Shown here piece after piece: positions 51,688-61,942 of a stretch of DNA of 64,000 bases (the first letter of the stretch is position 1; each line of letters opens with the position of its first letter). Source of the DNA: an uncultured Methanomassiliicoccus sp. (GTDB taxonomy: Archaea; Thermoplasmatota; Thermoplasmata; Methanomassiliicoccales; Methanomassiliicoccaceae). A program made the translations under genes and the position numbers. The stretch spans positions 28,340 through 92,339 of the forward strand of contig CAJKXZ010000004.1 of the NCBI GenBank assembly GCA_905203995.1, in the 5' to 3' direction. The notes below the pieces were generated by a model that did not search any database, was not told the origin of the DNA, and was given only the letters and a program-made list of their open reading frames with translations.

Positions 51688-53301
51688 TTACCAGCACTCT
51701 AACATTCCCGGAATGACTCTTTTGGCCATTTGGTCAAATGTTTCGATTCCGGTGATTCTGGCAGCAACCTCGCTTAAGGAAGCGATATCGTCACGGGCCA
51801 GGCATTCCAGTTTGAATTTCCTTGAGCCGGCCATCAGCTGCTTTAAGCCTTCACCGATACGATCGCTGAAGTAAGTGTGCAGACCAACTGCGCCCCAGGG
51901 GATGTCCACGCCGACTTTCTTGTCAGGGTATCTGCTCTGTACTTGTGACGCCAGCATGAAGAATTTGTGGGGATCGTCACCGTAGCCGTTAGCGAAGGGA
52001 GCCGGCAGTTTGCCATTCTCGGCTAAGCGAGCAAAGTACTGTGATTTCATAACGGCAGTCAGTGGAGATCTGGCCATAGCAATGGCTTTAACGATCGGAC
52101 CGTCACCCAGGTTACTCATCGCCATTGATTTGAACATCTGCGTCTCATTGGTAAAGCCGCCGGCGAAACAGATGTCGGGCACGAATTTGCCTTTCTTGCG
52201 CATGATCTCGGCACACATCAGCACCTGAGCTTCCAGATGAACAGTCGGGGTTGACATTTCATTCATCATCGGTACGGGACTCATACCAGTACCGCCGCCA
52301 GCTCCGTCAAAGGTAAGCATATCGATCTTAGCTTCGGAAGCGGCTTTCATGGTGAAAGCAACTACTTCGGGACGGTAGGCACCAGTCTTCAGGAAGACAT
52401 ATTTGGCACCTTTCTCACGGAGTTTTTCCACATCTTCGACAAAGGATTCGTGGACGGGGAAACCGACTCTGCTGTGTCTCTCAAAAGTCTTAATGGCGCC
52501 GGCTTTGAAAGCTTCCTGGACCATGGGATCTTCTGGATCAGGCATAACAATGTAACCGCGTTTTTTGAGTTCTAAAGCACGTTCCAAAGTAGTAAGACGA
52601 ACTTCGCCGCCGATTGCTTTGGCGCCCTGACCCCATTTGCGCTCGACAATATTAACATCTAAACTGGAAATTACGTAATCGTCAACACCGCCGCGCTGGT
52701 CTTCAACATTGGTCTGTACGACAATGTCACCATATTCGCCGTCCCACAGCTCGCGGAAGTCAGCGATTCTTTTCATCATATCAGGAGATTTAGAAACTTT
52801 GCCGTTGGTGTAGATGGATTCCTTATCCATGCCGCAGACATTCTCGCCGATGGTTTCGATGATACCGGACATCGCAGAACCCATGGCCATGCCTCTCCAG
52901 TTTCTTTTGGCTACGTCGGTGGATCCCAGACCCGCAATAACGAGAGGAACTTTGAGTTTAATGGGCTTTTTGGAATGAGTAGCCACCTGGGTGGTGACAT
53001 CAGCGTTCTCAAAAAAGGCCACATCTGAATTAGGTTCAATACCTTGTGCGCCCAACAATTCCGCGAGAATCTGGAAATGGGACCAGTCAATCATATAGTT
53101 CTTGTTCGAAGCAGCAGTGCTCTGTCCAAAGTATTCATTGCTGGGGTAGAGAACTTCTCGGCCCCGGAAAGCTGATTTGCTAACTTCACAGACCACATTG
53201 CATTCTTCGATGCAGAGCGGACACATACCGGATAGGGGACTGATGTCCTTTTCTCTGCATTTTGTACCTGTTGTTGATCTTGCATTCTCAATCGAAATCA
53301 C
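51688..53301 (-). CDS. Glutamate synthase large-subunit domain-2-like FMN protein (archaeal GltB-type) with N-terminal Cys cluster
   Basis: TIM-barrel FMN-binding pattern (GAGGGTGMSP, AGGF, LGDGP); N-terminal CPLCIEECNVVCE. Confidence 0.7.
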   Translation of the reverse strand: MISIENARSTTGTKCREKDISPLSGMCPLCIEECNVVCEVSKSAFRGREVLYPSNEYFGQSTAASNKNYMIDWSHFQILAELLGAQGIEPNSDVAFFENADVTTQVATHSKKPIKLKVPLVIAGLGSTDVAKRNWRGMAMGSAMSGIIETIGENVCGMDKESIYTNGKVSKSPDMMKRIADFRELWDGEYGDIVVQTNVEDQRGGVDDYVISSLDVNIVERKWGQGAKAIGGEVRLTTLERALELKKRGYIVMPDPEDPMVQEAFKAGAIKTFERHSRVGFPVHESFVEDVEKLREKGAKYVFLKTGAYRPEVVAFTMKAASEAKIDMLTFDGAGGGTGMSPVPMMNEMSTPTVHLEAQVLMCAEIMRKKGKFVPDICFAGGFTNETQMFKSMAMSNLGDGPIVKAIAMARSPLTAVMKSQYFARLAENGKLPAPFANGYGDDPHKFFMLASQVQSRYPDKKVGVDIPWGAVGLHTYFSDRIGEGLKQLMAGSRKFKLECLARDDIASLSEVAARITGIETFDQMAKRVIPGMLECW

Positions 53302-53682
53302 TACGACACCTCTATAATTCCGTAAATCGGATGCACAGGTATTGTGCTAGAGTAATTAAGAATTTGCCATATTTTGATGGTAACCAATTTTAGATACATA
53401 ACTCATATTTCTAAGATTAACAAGTCATATGTCTAATATATTTCTCAATTAAGACTTATGTATACACATATCTTATGACATAATAGCTATTTGTTTATGA
53501 ATTGCCACTAGATGAAAATACCATTCATCGGTAAAAATGTGAATGAATATACTACGAAATCAAAAATCAATGAACGAATGTCGTATAAACCGGCAATTAA
53601 CAAACAGTTTAACAGGTAGATTATAGTAATTTATATTATAGAGATATTGCCGATATTATAACACCCTTAAGGATGTGTCAAG

Positions 53683-53979
53683 ATGGCAATTGAAGTTGAC
53701 GAATCTAAGAGTACTGGAACAATCATGGTGGAAACGATTGCTAGTTTGATTACTGCCGCTTTTGCCTTGGTTGCTGCCTTAGCTTGGAATGAAGCGATTA
53801 AAGCACTTATTGCAGAACTGTTCGAAACCTCCAACGATCTCGTAGGAATGATGGTTTATGCGATTCTCGTTACTGTTCTGGCAGTTATTGCTACTGTCTG
53901 GATCGGTAAAATTCTTATAAAATACCATAAACTCGATGAGGAACGGAGAAAACGCTCTAAATCTGAAGAAGCAGATTAA
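53683..53979 (+). CDS. Small membrane protein (2 TM), unknown function
   Basis: Hydrophobicity; basic/acidic C-terminal tail. Confidence 0.35.
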   Translation: MAIEVDESKSTGTIMVETIASLITAAFALVAALAWNEAIKALIAELFETSNDLVGMMVYAILVTVLAVIATVWIGKILIKYHKLDEERRKRSKSEEAD

Positions 53980-54042
53980 AACAAATAATTCTTCTCGGGA
54001 CAGAAGCTCCCGAGGAGTAAATCTTTTAACCAATATGTCAGT

Positions 54043-55605
54043 ATGGATGCGATGAAGGCGCGGACACCGGCTATCGTGTTACTGTCATTCGTTATCGTTT
54101 TGATTCTTTTACCTGCTGCTACCGCAGCTGGTCCGGGTATCGGCGACTGGGCACAGGAGACAGAACTCGAAGCAGATCACAGCACTACCTACACCTGGAC
54201 GATTTATAATTCGGACAGCAACACCTATGCTTTGAAAATCGACCCGGTCTTCACCGGCAGCCACACGCATGTTTCGGCTACCGTTAACTCGTATCCGAAA
54301 ATCATTTCTCCGGGTGATTATGCTGACGTCTCGGTAACGTTAGATGCTGAGCGGGCAGCGCCGACGCAGACGATCGTTTTAGATGTGAATTTTATTCTAA
54401 CCAATCTGGATGCTGATCCTTATATCGAAACCGTCCAGACAAAAACAGTCACCCTGAATGTAACTTCTTTGATCGCCTCAACCGGCAATAATATCTTCTT
54501 CTGGGAAAACACCCTGCCAGCACCCTTTAACACGGCAATCTGGACCTTTATCCTGACAATTGGCATATGGGCTTTGATCACGGCGGCAGTGGTGATCGTG
54601 ATCGATCCGATTCTCAAATACTTCTTCGGCAAATCAAAATTGAGCTTTATTTCTAAAATTTATAAACTGGTGAAAAAACCGGTGTTTTTAACAGTCTTGA
54701 TTTACGGGCTGGTCAATTCTCTGACGATTCTCTCCGTTTCTGCCGATACAATCTTAGTCATCAAGGATGGCCTAGTCGTGTTTTTCATTGCTCTCTATGC
54801 CTGGGTAGCTTACAAAGTGTATAATGATGTCATCATTGATTATGCCCGGCGGCTGGCAAGTAAAACTGAAACTGAACTGGATGATGCCCTCGTGCCCTTT
54901 TTGCATACACTGGGCGTTATTGCTATCCCGCTGGTGGCTTTTATCGCCATTCTCAATTATTTCAACATCAGCTTTACGGCGATTTTAGCTGGTCTGGGTG
55001 TAGGATCTTTAGTGATCGGACTTGCGGCCCAAGACACTTTCAGCAGCATCTTTGCCGGGATCCAGATCATGGTGGACCGGCCCTTTAAAGTGGGCGACCG
55101 GATCATTCTCAGCACCGGCCAGGTTTGCGATGTAAAGAAAATCGGCATTCGTTCTACCCGCGCTTACGGCGTGACTAATCATGAGATGATTGTCATTCCC
55201 AACGTTCTGCTTTGTAACAATAAAGTTACCAATATTTCACGGCCGGACGGGCACCGGGCTATTTCTGTGGAAGTTGGGGTAGCCTATGGTACCGATATTG
55301 AAAAGGCGGAAAAGATTCTCTTGCAGATTGCCGCCGACCATCCCGATGTGGTCAAAAACAACCCGGCTCAGGCACCATACACCCGGCTCTCGCTCTTTGA
55401 CGACAGTGCGATTAAATTTGCCTTATGGGTCTATGTTGACAATTACACCAAAGAATGGCGGGTCCGCTCAGAACTGCGGGAACAGATTGATCAAAGGTTT
55501 AGTGAAGCAGGCATCGAGATTCCGCTGCCGCAGACGGTCGTTACTTTCGTCAATTCTCCACGGCCGTCCACGGGCGGCAAGCAAAACGATGCCGGTGAAC
55601 TGTAA
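54043..55605 (+). CDS. MscS-family mechanosensitive channel with N-terminal extracytoplasmic domain
   Basis: Signal/TM segment then ~150-aa domain, 3-4 TM, and the MscS pore/beta domain (GVGSLVIGLAAQDTFSSIFAGIQIMVDRPFKVGDRI). Confidence 0.8.
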   Translation: MDAMKARTPAIVLLSFVIVLILLPAATAAGPGIGDWAQETELEADHSTTYTWTIYNSDSNTYALKIDPVFTGSHTHVSATVNSYPKIISPGDYADVSVTLDAERAAPTQTIVLDVNFILTNLDADPYIETVQTKTVTLNVTSLIASTGNNIFFWENTLPAPFNTAIWTFILTIGIWALITAAVVIVIDPILKYFFGKSKLSFISKIYKLVKKPVFLTVLIYGLVNSLTILSVSADTILVIKDGLVVFFIALYAWVAYKVYNDVIIDYARRLASKTETELDDALVPFLHTLGVIAIPLVAFIAILNYFNISFTAILAGLGVGSLVIGLAAQDTFSSIFAGIQIMVDRPFKVGDRIILSTGQVCDVKKIGIRSTRAYGVTNHEMIVIPNVLLCNNKVTNISRPDGHRAISVEVGVAYGTDIEKAEKILLQIAADHPDVVKNNPAQAPYTRLSLFDDSAIKFALWVYVDNYTKEWRVRSELREQIDQRFSEAGIEIPLPQTVVTFVNSPRPSTGGKQNDAGEL

Positions 55606-55654
55606 CCTGCAAAACAATTAAGACACCTTTAACACTGCCCGCTATGCGAAAACC

Positions 55655-57436
55655 ATGAAAGCGAATGAGCTCAAAAGGAAATATATCGATTATTTCGTCA
55701 AGAAAGGTCATACCGAAATACCGTCTGCTTCACTTATTCCTGAGAACGACCCCAGTGTATTGTTCACTACCGCGGGCATGCATCCTTTAGCTCCCTATCT
55801 CCTGGGAGAAAAGCATCCTGCCGGCCGAAGACTGGTTGACTGTCAGAAGTGTATCCGTACCGGTGATATCGACGAAGTCGGCGATGCCTCTCATTTGACC
55901 ATGTTCCAGATGATGGGCAACTGGTCGCTTGGTGATTATTTTAAAAACGAATCAATCGAAATGAGTTATGATTTTCTTGTTAATGTGCTCGGCATTGATC
56001 CAGCCAATCTCGCTGTCACCGCTTTTGCTGGTGATGAAAACGCACCGCGCGATGAGGAAACCGTGGCTATCTGGAAATCGATGGGCATGAAAGATGAACA
56101 GATCTTTTTCTATGGCAAAAAAGAAAACTGGTGGGGTCCCGCCGGCGTTACCGGTCCCTGCGGACCTGATACGGAAATCTTCTTTGTCGACCAAAGCAAG
56201 CCTAAATGTTCCGCGGACTGCGGACCGGCCTGCCACTGCGGCAGATATCTGGAAATCTGGAACAATGTTTTCATGGAATACAACAAAAATGCCGAGGGCA
56301 AGTACGAAAAGCTCCAGCAGCAGAATGTCGATACCGGTCTGGGTTTGGAACGTACTCTCTGCGTTTTAGAGCACATTCCCAGCGTCTACGAGACCGAATT
56401 CTTCCTGCCGATCATTGAGGTCATTGAAAAGGCTTCAGGTCTGCAATATGGGCAGGCAGTAAAGGAGTTCCGGATTATTGCTGATCATATGCGGGCTGCC
56501 GTTTTCATCCTTGGGGATGATAAAGGGGTAGCGCCTTCCAATCTTGATCAGGGCTATGTTCTTAGAAAACTCATCCGCCGGACTATCCGTTACCTGCAGA
56601 AACTGGGCATGGACTGGCAGCCAATGATGGATATTGCTGAAACGGTAGTGCGTGAATATGCCGGCGAGTATCCCGAGCTGGAAAGAAACAAGGCTTTCAT
56701 TATCGAACAGCTGCAGAATGAAGCCGTCAAGTTTGCCAAGACGCTTGACCAGGGTCTGCGCTTAACTGAGCGTATTTTAGATGGCATCGAAGAAAACGGC
56801 ACCATGGACGGCGAAGAGGCTTTCAAGCTCTACACCTCCTTCGGCTTCCCCTTAGATCTCACGATTGAGCTGGCCGCTGAAAAAGGCATTAAAGTTGACA
56901 GTGTTAAATTCGAGGCTTTATTCAAAGAGCATCAGGAAATCTCCCGTGCCGGCTCTCTGCAGAAATTCAAGGGCGGTCTGGCGGATGCCAGCGAAGAGAC
57001 AACCAAGCTCCACACCGCTACCCATTTGTTAGGTGCGGCTCTCCGTAAAGTACTGGGACCCGATGTCCACCAGAAGGGCAGCAACATTACCGCTGAACGG
57101 TTAAGATTCGACTTCTCTTTCGAAAGAAAACTGACCAAGGAAGAGCTCACGGAAGTCGAACGGTTAGTTAACGAAGCCATCAAAGCCGGCATCGAAGTAA
57201 ACTGTGAAGAGATGACCCTTGGTGAAGCACGGGATCGTCAGGCGGAAGGGGTCTTTGGTGACAAATATGGTGACATGGTCAAAGTCTACACCATAGGTGA
57301 TGTTTCCTGTGAAATCTGCGGGGGACCACATGTGACCAATACCGCACAGATCGGCGGCTTTAAAATCAAGAAAGAGGAAGCAAGCAGTGCTGGAGTGCGA
57401 AGAATTAAAGCCGTTGTCGGTGAACAATACGCCTAA
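55655..57436 (+). CDS. alaS: Alanyl-tRNA synthetase, compact bacterial-type (catalytic plus tRNA-recognition plus minimal editing domain; no C-Ala domain)
   Basis: Class-II AlaRS motifs (LFTTAGM, CQKCIR, FQMMGNWSLGDYFK, DTGLGLER) and editing-site HTATH...CGGPHV; only 593 aa. Confidence 0.75.
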   Translation: MKANELKRKYIDYFVKKGHTEIPSASLIPENDPSVLFTTAGMHPLAPYLLGEKHPAGRRLVDCQKCIRTGDIDEVGDASHLTMFQMMGNWSLGDYFKNESIEMSYDFLVNVLGIDPANLAVTAFAGDENAPRDEETVAIWKSMGMKDEQIFFYGKKENWWGPAGVTGPCGPDTEIFFVDQSKPKCSADCGPACHCGRYLEIWNNVFMEYNKNAEGKYEKLQQQNVDTGLGLERTLCVLEHIPSVYETEFFLPIIEVIEKASGLQYGQAVKEFRIIADHMRAAVFILGDDKGVAPSNLDQGYVLRKLIRRTIRYLQKLGMDWQPMMDIAETVVREYAGEYPELERNKAFIIEQLQNEAVKFAKTLDQGLRLTERILDGIEENGTMDGEEAFKLYTSFGFPLDLTIELAAEKGIKVDSVKFEALFKEHQEISRAGSLQKFKGGLADASEETTKLHTATHLLGAALRKVLGPDVHQKGSNITAERLRFDFSFERKLTKEELTEVERLVNEAIKAGIEVNCEEMTLGEARDRQAEGVFGDKYGDMVKVYTIGDVSCEICGGPHVTNTAQIGGFKIKKEEASSAGVRRIKAVVGEQYA

Positions 57437-57574
57437 ATTTGCGGTTTGCCAGCATTGCTTGAAAGCCTCTTTGGCAGATAGTAATGCTTATATAGCAAAC
57501 CGATTCTAACGGCAACCCTTCATAATCTACATGTTCTACATGTCACAGATTTGAAAAATAAATGAGGCAGTAAA

Positions 57575-58093
57575 ATGGCAGAAGAAACTAAAGCAAAAAA
57601 AGCGGACAAGAAGTCCAAGGCCGAAGAGGCCAAAGACGAGAACTTCCGCTATATCGTCCGTATCCTCAATACTGATGTGGACGGTAACAAGAATATTATC
57701 TTGGGTTTGCAGTCCGTCAAAGGGGTAGGACCCAGAGTTGCAAGAATTGTAGCTAAAAGAACTGGCATCCCTACCGATGAAGTCTTTGGAAATCTGTCCG
57801 AAGAGCAAACAACTGAGATTGAGAATATTCTGAATTCTTATGTGGAATTCGCACCTGCTTGGGCTATTAACAGGCAGTGTGACATTGAGACTGGCGAGGA
57901 CATGCACCTCTATGGTGTTAACCTCGACATGGTGTATAAAGATGACATTAATAGGCTGAAAATGATTAAATGCTACCGTGGTCGCAGGCACGAGCAGGGA
58001 CAGAAAGTTCGCGGTCAAAGAACCCGGTCCAACGGAAGGACTGGCCTGACGATGGGTGTTAGCAGAACCAAAAACCAGCCTGGTAAAAAGTAA
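57575..58093 (+). CDS. rps13: 30S ribosomal protein S13
   Basis: IVRILNTDVDGNK...GVGPRVARIV pattern. Confidence 0.9.
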   Translation: MAEETKAKKADKKSKAEEAKDENFRYIVRILNTDVDGNKNIILGLQSVKGVGPRVARIVAKRTGIPTDEVFGNLSEEQTTEIENILNSYVEFAPAWAINRQCDIETGEDMHLYGVNLDMVYKDDINRLKMIKCYRGRRHEQGQKVRGQRTRSNGRTGLTMGVSRTKNQPGKK

Positions 58094-58104
58094 AGGTGAA
58101 TTAA

Positions 58105-58749
58105 ATGGGAGACCCAAAATTTCCGCGCAGGGCCTATGACACCCCCTCACATCCCTGGAGGGGCGAAAGGATCAAGGCCGAAACTGAAATATGCAAGCAA
58201 TATGGATTGAAAAGTAAGACCGAACTCTGGAAGGCGCAGGCTTATCTCAGAAATCTGAGAACCCAGTCTAAAAACCTCCAAGCCCGTGTACGTCTTGATG
58301 ACGCCCAGGCTCAATTGGAAGCTGACCTTCTGTTAGCCAAGTGCGCACGCCTTGGCATTCTGCCGGCAGACGGCAGCACCCTCGATGACGTTCTCGGTCT
58401 GAGTCAGGAATCAATTCTTGGACGTCGTCTACAGACGATCGTGTACATGAAAGGCTTAGCTACTACTGCCAAGCAAGCCAGACAGTTTATTGTCCATGGA
58501 CACATATCCATTAACGGACGCAAAGTAACCGTGCCTGGATATATGGTTAGGCGCAATGAAGAGGATGCGATTACATATAATCCTCAATCTCCCATTGCTG
58601 ATGAGATGCACCCCATTAGGAACCCCCCTCAAGAAGAGGCGGCCGCTCCTGAACCAAAGGCGAGTGTAGAAGAAAAGCCAGCAGAAGAAGCTGCTGCTGA
58701 ACCGGAACCCGTTGTGGATGAACCGGTCAATGAACCTGTGGAGGAATGA
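58105..58749 (+). CDS. rps4: 30S ribosomal protein S4 with ~45-aa acidic Pro/Glu/Ala-rich C-terminal extension
   Basis: S4 domain ([35 protein letters not shown]), then the tail [40 protein letters not shown]. Confidence 0.9.
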   Translation: MGDPKFPRRAYDTPSHPWRGERIKAETEICKQYGLKSKTELWKAQAYLRNLRTQSKNLQARVRLDDAQAQLEADLLLAKCARLGILPADGSTLDDVLGLSQESILGRRLQTIVYMKGLATTAKQARQFIVHGHISINGRKVTVPGYMVRRNEEDAITYNPQSPIADEMHPIRNPPQEEAAAPEPKASVEEKPAEEAAAEPEPVVDEPVNEPVEE

Positions 58750-59135
58750 TTATGGGAAAATGGGGAATTGCACACGTATTTGCCAGCTACAACAACATCA
58801 TCATCACCTTGACTGATGTCACTGGTGCTGAAACCATCACTAAAGCATCTGGTGGTATGGTTGTCAAAGCTGCGAAAGATGAATCATCTCCTTACGCTGC
58901 AATGCGTGCAGCTGAAAGAGTAGCCGATATCGCTAAAGAAAAGGGTATCGAAGGTATCCATGTAAAAGTCCGTGCCCCTGGTGGAAACAAAGCTTCCTCA
59001 CCAGGTCCCGGAGCACAGGCTGCCATTCGTGCTTTAGCTCGTGCTGGTCTGAAGATCGGACGCATTGAAGATGTTACACCTATCCCTCACGATGGAACTA
59101 AAAAGAAAGGTGGAAGAAGAGGACGCAGAGTATAA
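58746..59135 (+). CDS. rps11: 30S ribosomal protein S11
   Basis: [20 protein letters not shown] pattern. Confidence 0.9.
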   Translation: MIMGKWGIAHVFASYNNIIITLTDVTGAETITKASGGMVVKAAKDESSPYAAMRAAERVADIAKEKGIEGIHVKVRAPGGNKASSPGPGAQAAIRALARAGLKIGRIEDVTPIPHDGTKKKGGRRGRRV

Positions 59136-59150
59136 TCAAGGGGCAAACTT

Positions 59151-59987
59151 ATGGATATTAAAGTAATCAGTCAGACCGAGACACGCATTCGCTTTGTTGT
59201 TTCCAATGCTTCACCAGATCTCGTAAACTCTCTCCGGAGATGTTTGATGACCGAGGTTCCCAAGATGGCTATCGAACTGGTAGAATTCCACCTGGGTCCG
59301 ATCATGGATGAAGAAGGAAACGAATATGAAAGCGTCAGTCCTCTCTTTGATGAGATTGTTGCCCACCGGCTCGGTCTTGTACCAGTTCCGACTGATCTTA
59401 GCCTTTACGTGCCCAAAGATGAATGTGTTTGTGGTGGGGAAGGCTGCCCCAATTGTACAATCATGTACTCTATAAACAAAAAAGGACCTTGCGAAGTTTA
59501 CTCTGGTGACATGGAACCTCTTGGACCTCCAGAATTGAGGATTAAAGACGAGCTGGTGCCGATTGTCAAACTCGGTCCTGGTCAAGCTTTGTTGGCTTAT
59601 GCCTCGGCAGAGCTTGGCACCGCAAAGCGTCACGCTAAATGGCAAGTGGTGTCTGGAGCGGGATATAGGTACTATCCAACCATCGAGATTGATCCCGATC
59701 GTTGTGATTCTGGCGGTAGTTGTATCGAGGCTTGTCCCCGACACGTCTTAGCCAAAGAAGATGGGATTGTCAAGGTTGTTGACCTTGAAGCCTGTATTCT
59801 CTGCAAAGCCTGTGTGGAAGTTTGTGAATTAGAGGCAATTAAAGTCACTGGTTCTGACTCCAAATTCGTCTTTGAATTTGAGACAGACGGTTCACTTTCC
59901 GCCATTGACACTCTCAAAGAAGCTTTAAAAGTCCTTGCGAGGAAGTTTGAAGAATTCCGTGAGAATGTTTCCGCTCTTGAAGCATAA
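59151..59987 (+). CDS. rpoD: DNA-directed RNA polymerase subunit D (Rpo3) with [4Fe-4S] ferredoxin-like domain
   Basis: Follows S13-S4-S11 as in archaeal operons; two Cys clusters (CVCGGEGCPNC and CIEACP...CILCKACVEVC). Confidence 0.85.
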   Translation: MDIKVISQTETRIRFVVSNASPDLVNSLRRCLMTEVPKMAIELVEFHLGPIMDEEGNEYESVSPLFDEIVAHRLGLVPVPTDLSLYVPKDECVCGGEGCPNCTIMYSINKKGPCEVYSGDMEPLGPPELRIKDELVPIVKLGPGQALLAYASAELGTAKRHAKWQVVSGAGYRYYPTIEIDPDRCDSGGSCIEACPRHVLAKEDGIVKVVDLEACILCKACVEVCELEAIKVTGSDSKFVFEFETDGSLSAIDTLKEALKVLARKFEEFRENVSALEA

Positions 59988-60056
59988 ATCTCTTCTACAA
60001 ACCTCTTTTTTATTATTTTCCTTTTTGAAGTATTTTACTTTTCTGAGATTATCTGA

Positions 60057-60434
60057 TTATTTGTTGCCTTTTAAACGATCAGCGGCCTTTTGATTGATTT
60101 TGCAGGGCGGTTCTCGATAATTCGGTGTTAAACGTTCCCGGTCTTTTTGATAAATAGTCTGCCGCAACTCTTCAGCCGAGATCTCTCTAGCGCAGTACAA
60201 TTTAATCTGTGTTTCATCAATCTTTTTAATGCTGAATTTATCATTTCGACAACTCTCAACCAGCTCTACCAAGTGATCCAACTCGCCAAATCCACCCAGG
60301 TCTAGTAAGTAAAGAATTTCTTTCCTTGTTTTTCTCGGCAGTTCAGAAAGCTGCTGCGCATATTTTTCGGGATCTTCAACCTGAATATGGGGATGTTCCT
60401 TGAGGAATTGGTGATACTCTTCTTGACCTTTCAT
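60057..60434 (-). CDS. Hypothetical protein
   Basis: 125-aa ORF without recognisable motifs. Confidence 0.3.
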   Translation of the reverse strand: MKGQEEYHQFLKEHPHIQVEDPEKYAQQLSELPRKTRKEILYLLDLGGFGELDHLVELVESCRNDKFSIKKIDETQIKLYCAREISAEELRQTIYQKDRERLTPNYREPPCKINQKAADRLKGNK

Positions 60435-60473
60435 GAGCAGAGTATGTGCTGAGCGCTTAATATATAAAATCCC

Positions 60474-61928
60474 TCATTTGCTGAACGCCACTTCGCACTC
60501 CTCTTCCAATTCCGTTTTTCCTCGCAGTGTGGAGGTCAGAGCACCAAGCAGGGCGATGAGACCTGATACTTTCAGAGCTGCACTCATACCGACAATAAAT
60601 TCTGCATTGTCTACTGCTGAACTGCCGCCCATAAAGACTGAGGAGACTAAGGCCGAAGAAGTCACAATAGCCATTACTGCACCCATCAGCACTAGACTCA
60701 GGGATTGACCGACGGTACGCATCGTTGAGAGCATACCGGAAGCCACGCCGGTCTTGTCTTTACTTACACTTCTCATTACGGCACTGGTGTTGGGCGATGA
60801 AAAGATGCCCATGCCAGCGCCGAGAATTAACAGATAAACGACTACCATGGAAACGGAAGTCTCAGTATTGAGTGTACTAATCAGGAATAAACCAGCTGCC
60901 ATGATGAGCATGCCGAGGGAAGAAAGAGTTCTCGAACCTACTTTATCTGAAAGAATTCCGGAAAGTGGTGAAATCACACACATGATCAACGGCATCGCCA
61001 GTAAAATCAATCCGGTCGTTCCAATATCGATTCCCAGCACTCTTTGGAGGTAAAAGGAAATTACAAAGGTTGAGCCGTAGTAAGCAGTATAGTTGAGAAA
61101 CGCTGAGAAATTAGCTGCCGCAAAAAGACGGTTTTTGGTGAACAAGCGCAAATCGAAAAGTCCGTCTTCGCCTTTTTTCCGTTCGATCAAAATAAAGAGG
61201 GCAAAGGATACGGCTGAAATGATTAACAGACCAATGACTTTGAGGGACAGCCAACCATCAATATCGCCGAGGGTTAAAGCCAGTAAGATCGTCACCAGAC
61301 CGACGGCAAAAGTCGCAGCGCCACCAATATCAAATGAGCCACACCTATCGACTAATTCGCACTCATCTAGCTTCCATAAGGCGAGAGCGATGGTAACCAC
61401 GGCAATCGGTACACTTACGAGGAAAATCGAATGCCAGCCGAAACTTTGAGTCAATACGCCTCCCAGAGGTGGGCCGATGGCGAGGCCGAGGTAGATGGCC
61501 ATGACATTCAGACCCAGCGCTCTTCCCTGTTCACGGGGCGGGAAAGCTGCTGAAACCAGTGCGGTACCGGAAGTCATGATAAAGGCGGCACCGATGCCCT
61601 GCAGCACCCGGAAAACAATCAATTGCTCTCCTGTCTGTGCTAAACTGCAGAGCAGAGAACCGACGGCAAAGATGGCAAAACCGCCGATGTATATTTTTTT
61701 CTTTCCAATTATATCTGAAACACGTCCGACAATGAGCAGAATGCTGGCGATCGCCACTAAATAGGCGGTAGGGACCCATAAAGTCTGGGCGTAATCCATC
61801 TGCAAGGCATCAGAGATGGCCGGCATCGAAACGCTGACGATCGTCGAATCTAACGGTCCCATGAGGGAGCCGATGGAGGCGATTAATAATACCATCCATT
61901 TGTATGACAAGCCAGATTCTTTTCTCAC
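60474..61928 (-). CDS. MFS drug:H+ antiporter, DHA2 family (14 TM)
   Basis: 14 hydrophobic segments; motif A GRVSDIIGKKK. Confidence 0.8.
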   Translation of the reverse strand: MRKESGLSYKWMVLLIASIGSLMGPLDSTIVSVSMPAISDALQMDYAQTLWVPTAYLVAIASILLIVGRVSDIIGKKKIYIGGFAIFAVGSLLCSLAQTGEQLIVFRVLQGIGAAFIMTSGTALVSAAFPPREQGRALGLNVMAIYLGLAIGPPLGGVLTQSFGWHSIFLVSVPIAVVTIALALWKLDECELVDRCGSFDIGGAATFAVGLVTILLALTLGDIDGWLSLKVIGLLIISAVSFALFILIERKKGEDGLFDLRLFTKNRLFAAANFSAFLNYTAYYGSTFVISFYLQRVLGIDIGTTGLILLAMPLIMCVISPLSGILSDKVGSRTLSSLGMLIMAAGLFLISTLNTETSVSMVVVYLLILGAGMGIFSSPNTSAVMRSVSKDKTGVASGMLSTMRTVGQSLSLVLMGAVMAIVTSSALVSSVFMGGSSAVDNAEFIVGMSAALKVSGLIALLGALTSTLRGKTELEEECEVAFSK

Positions 61929-61942
61929 TGTCTATTCCCTTC

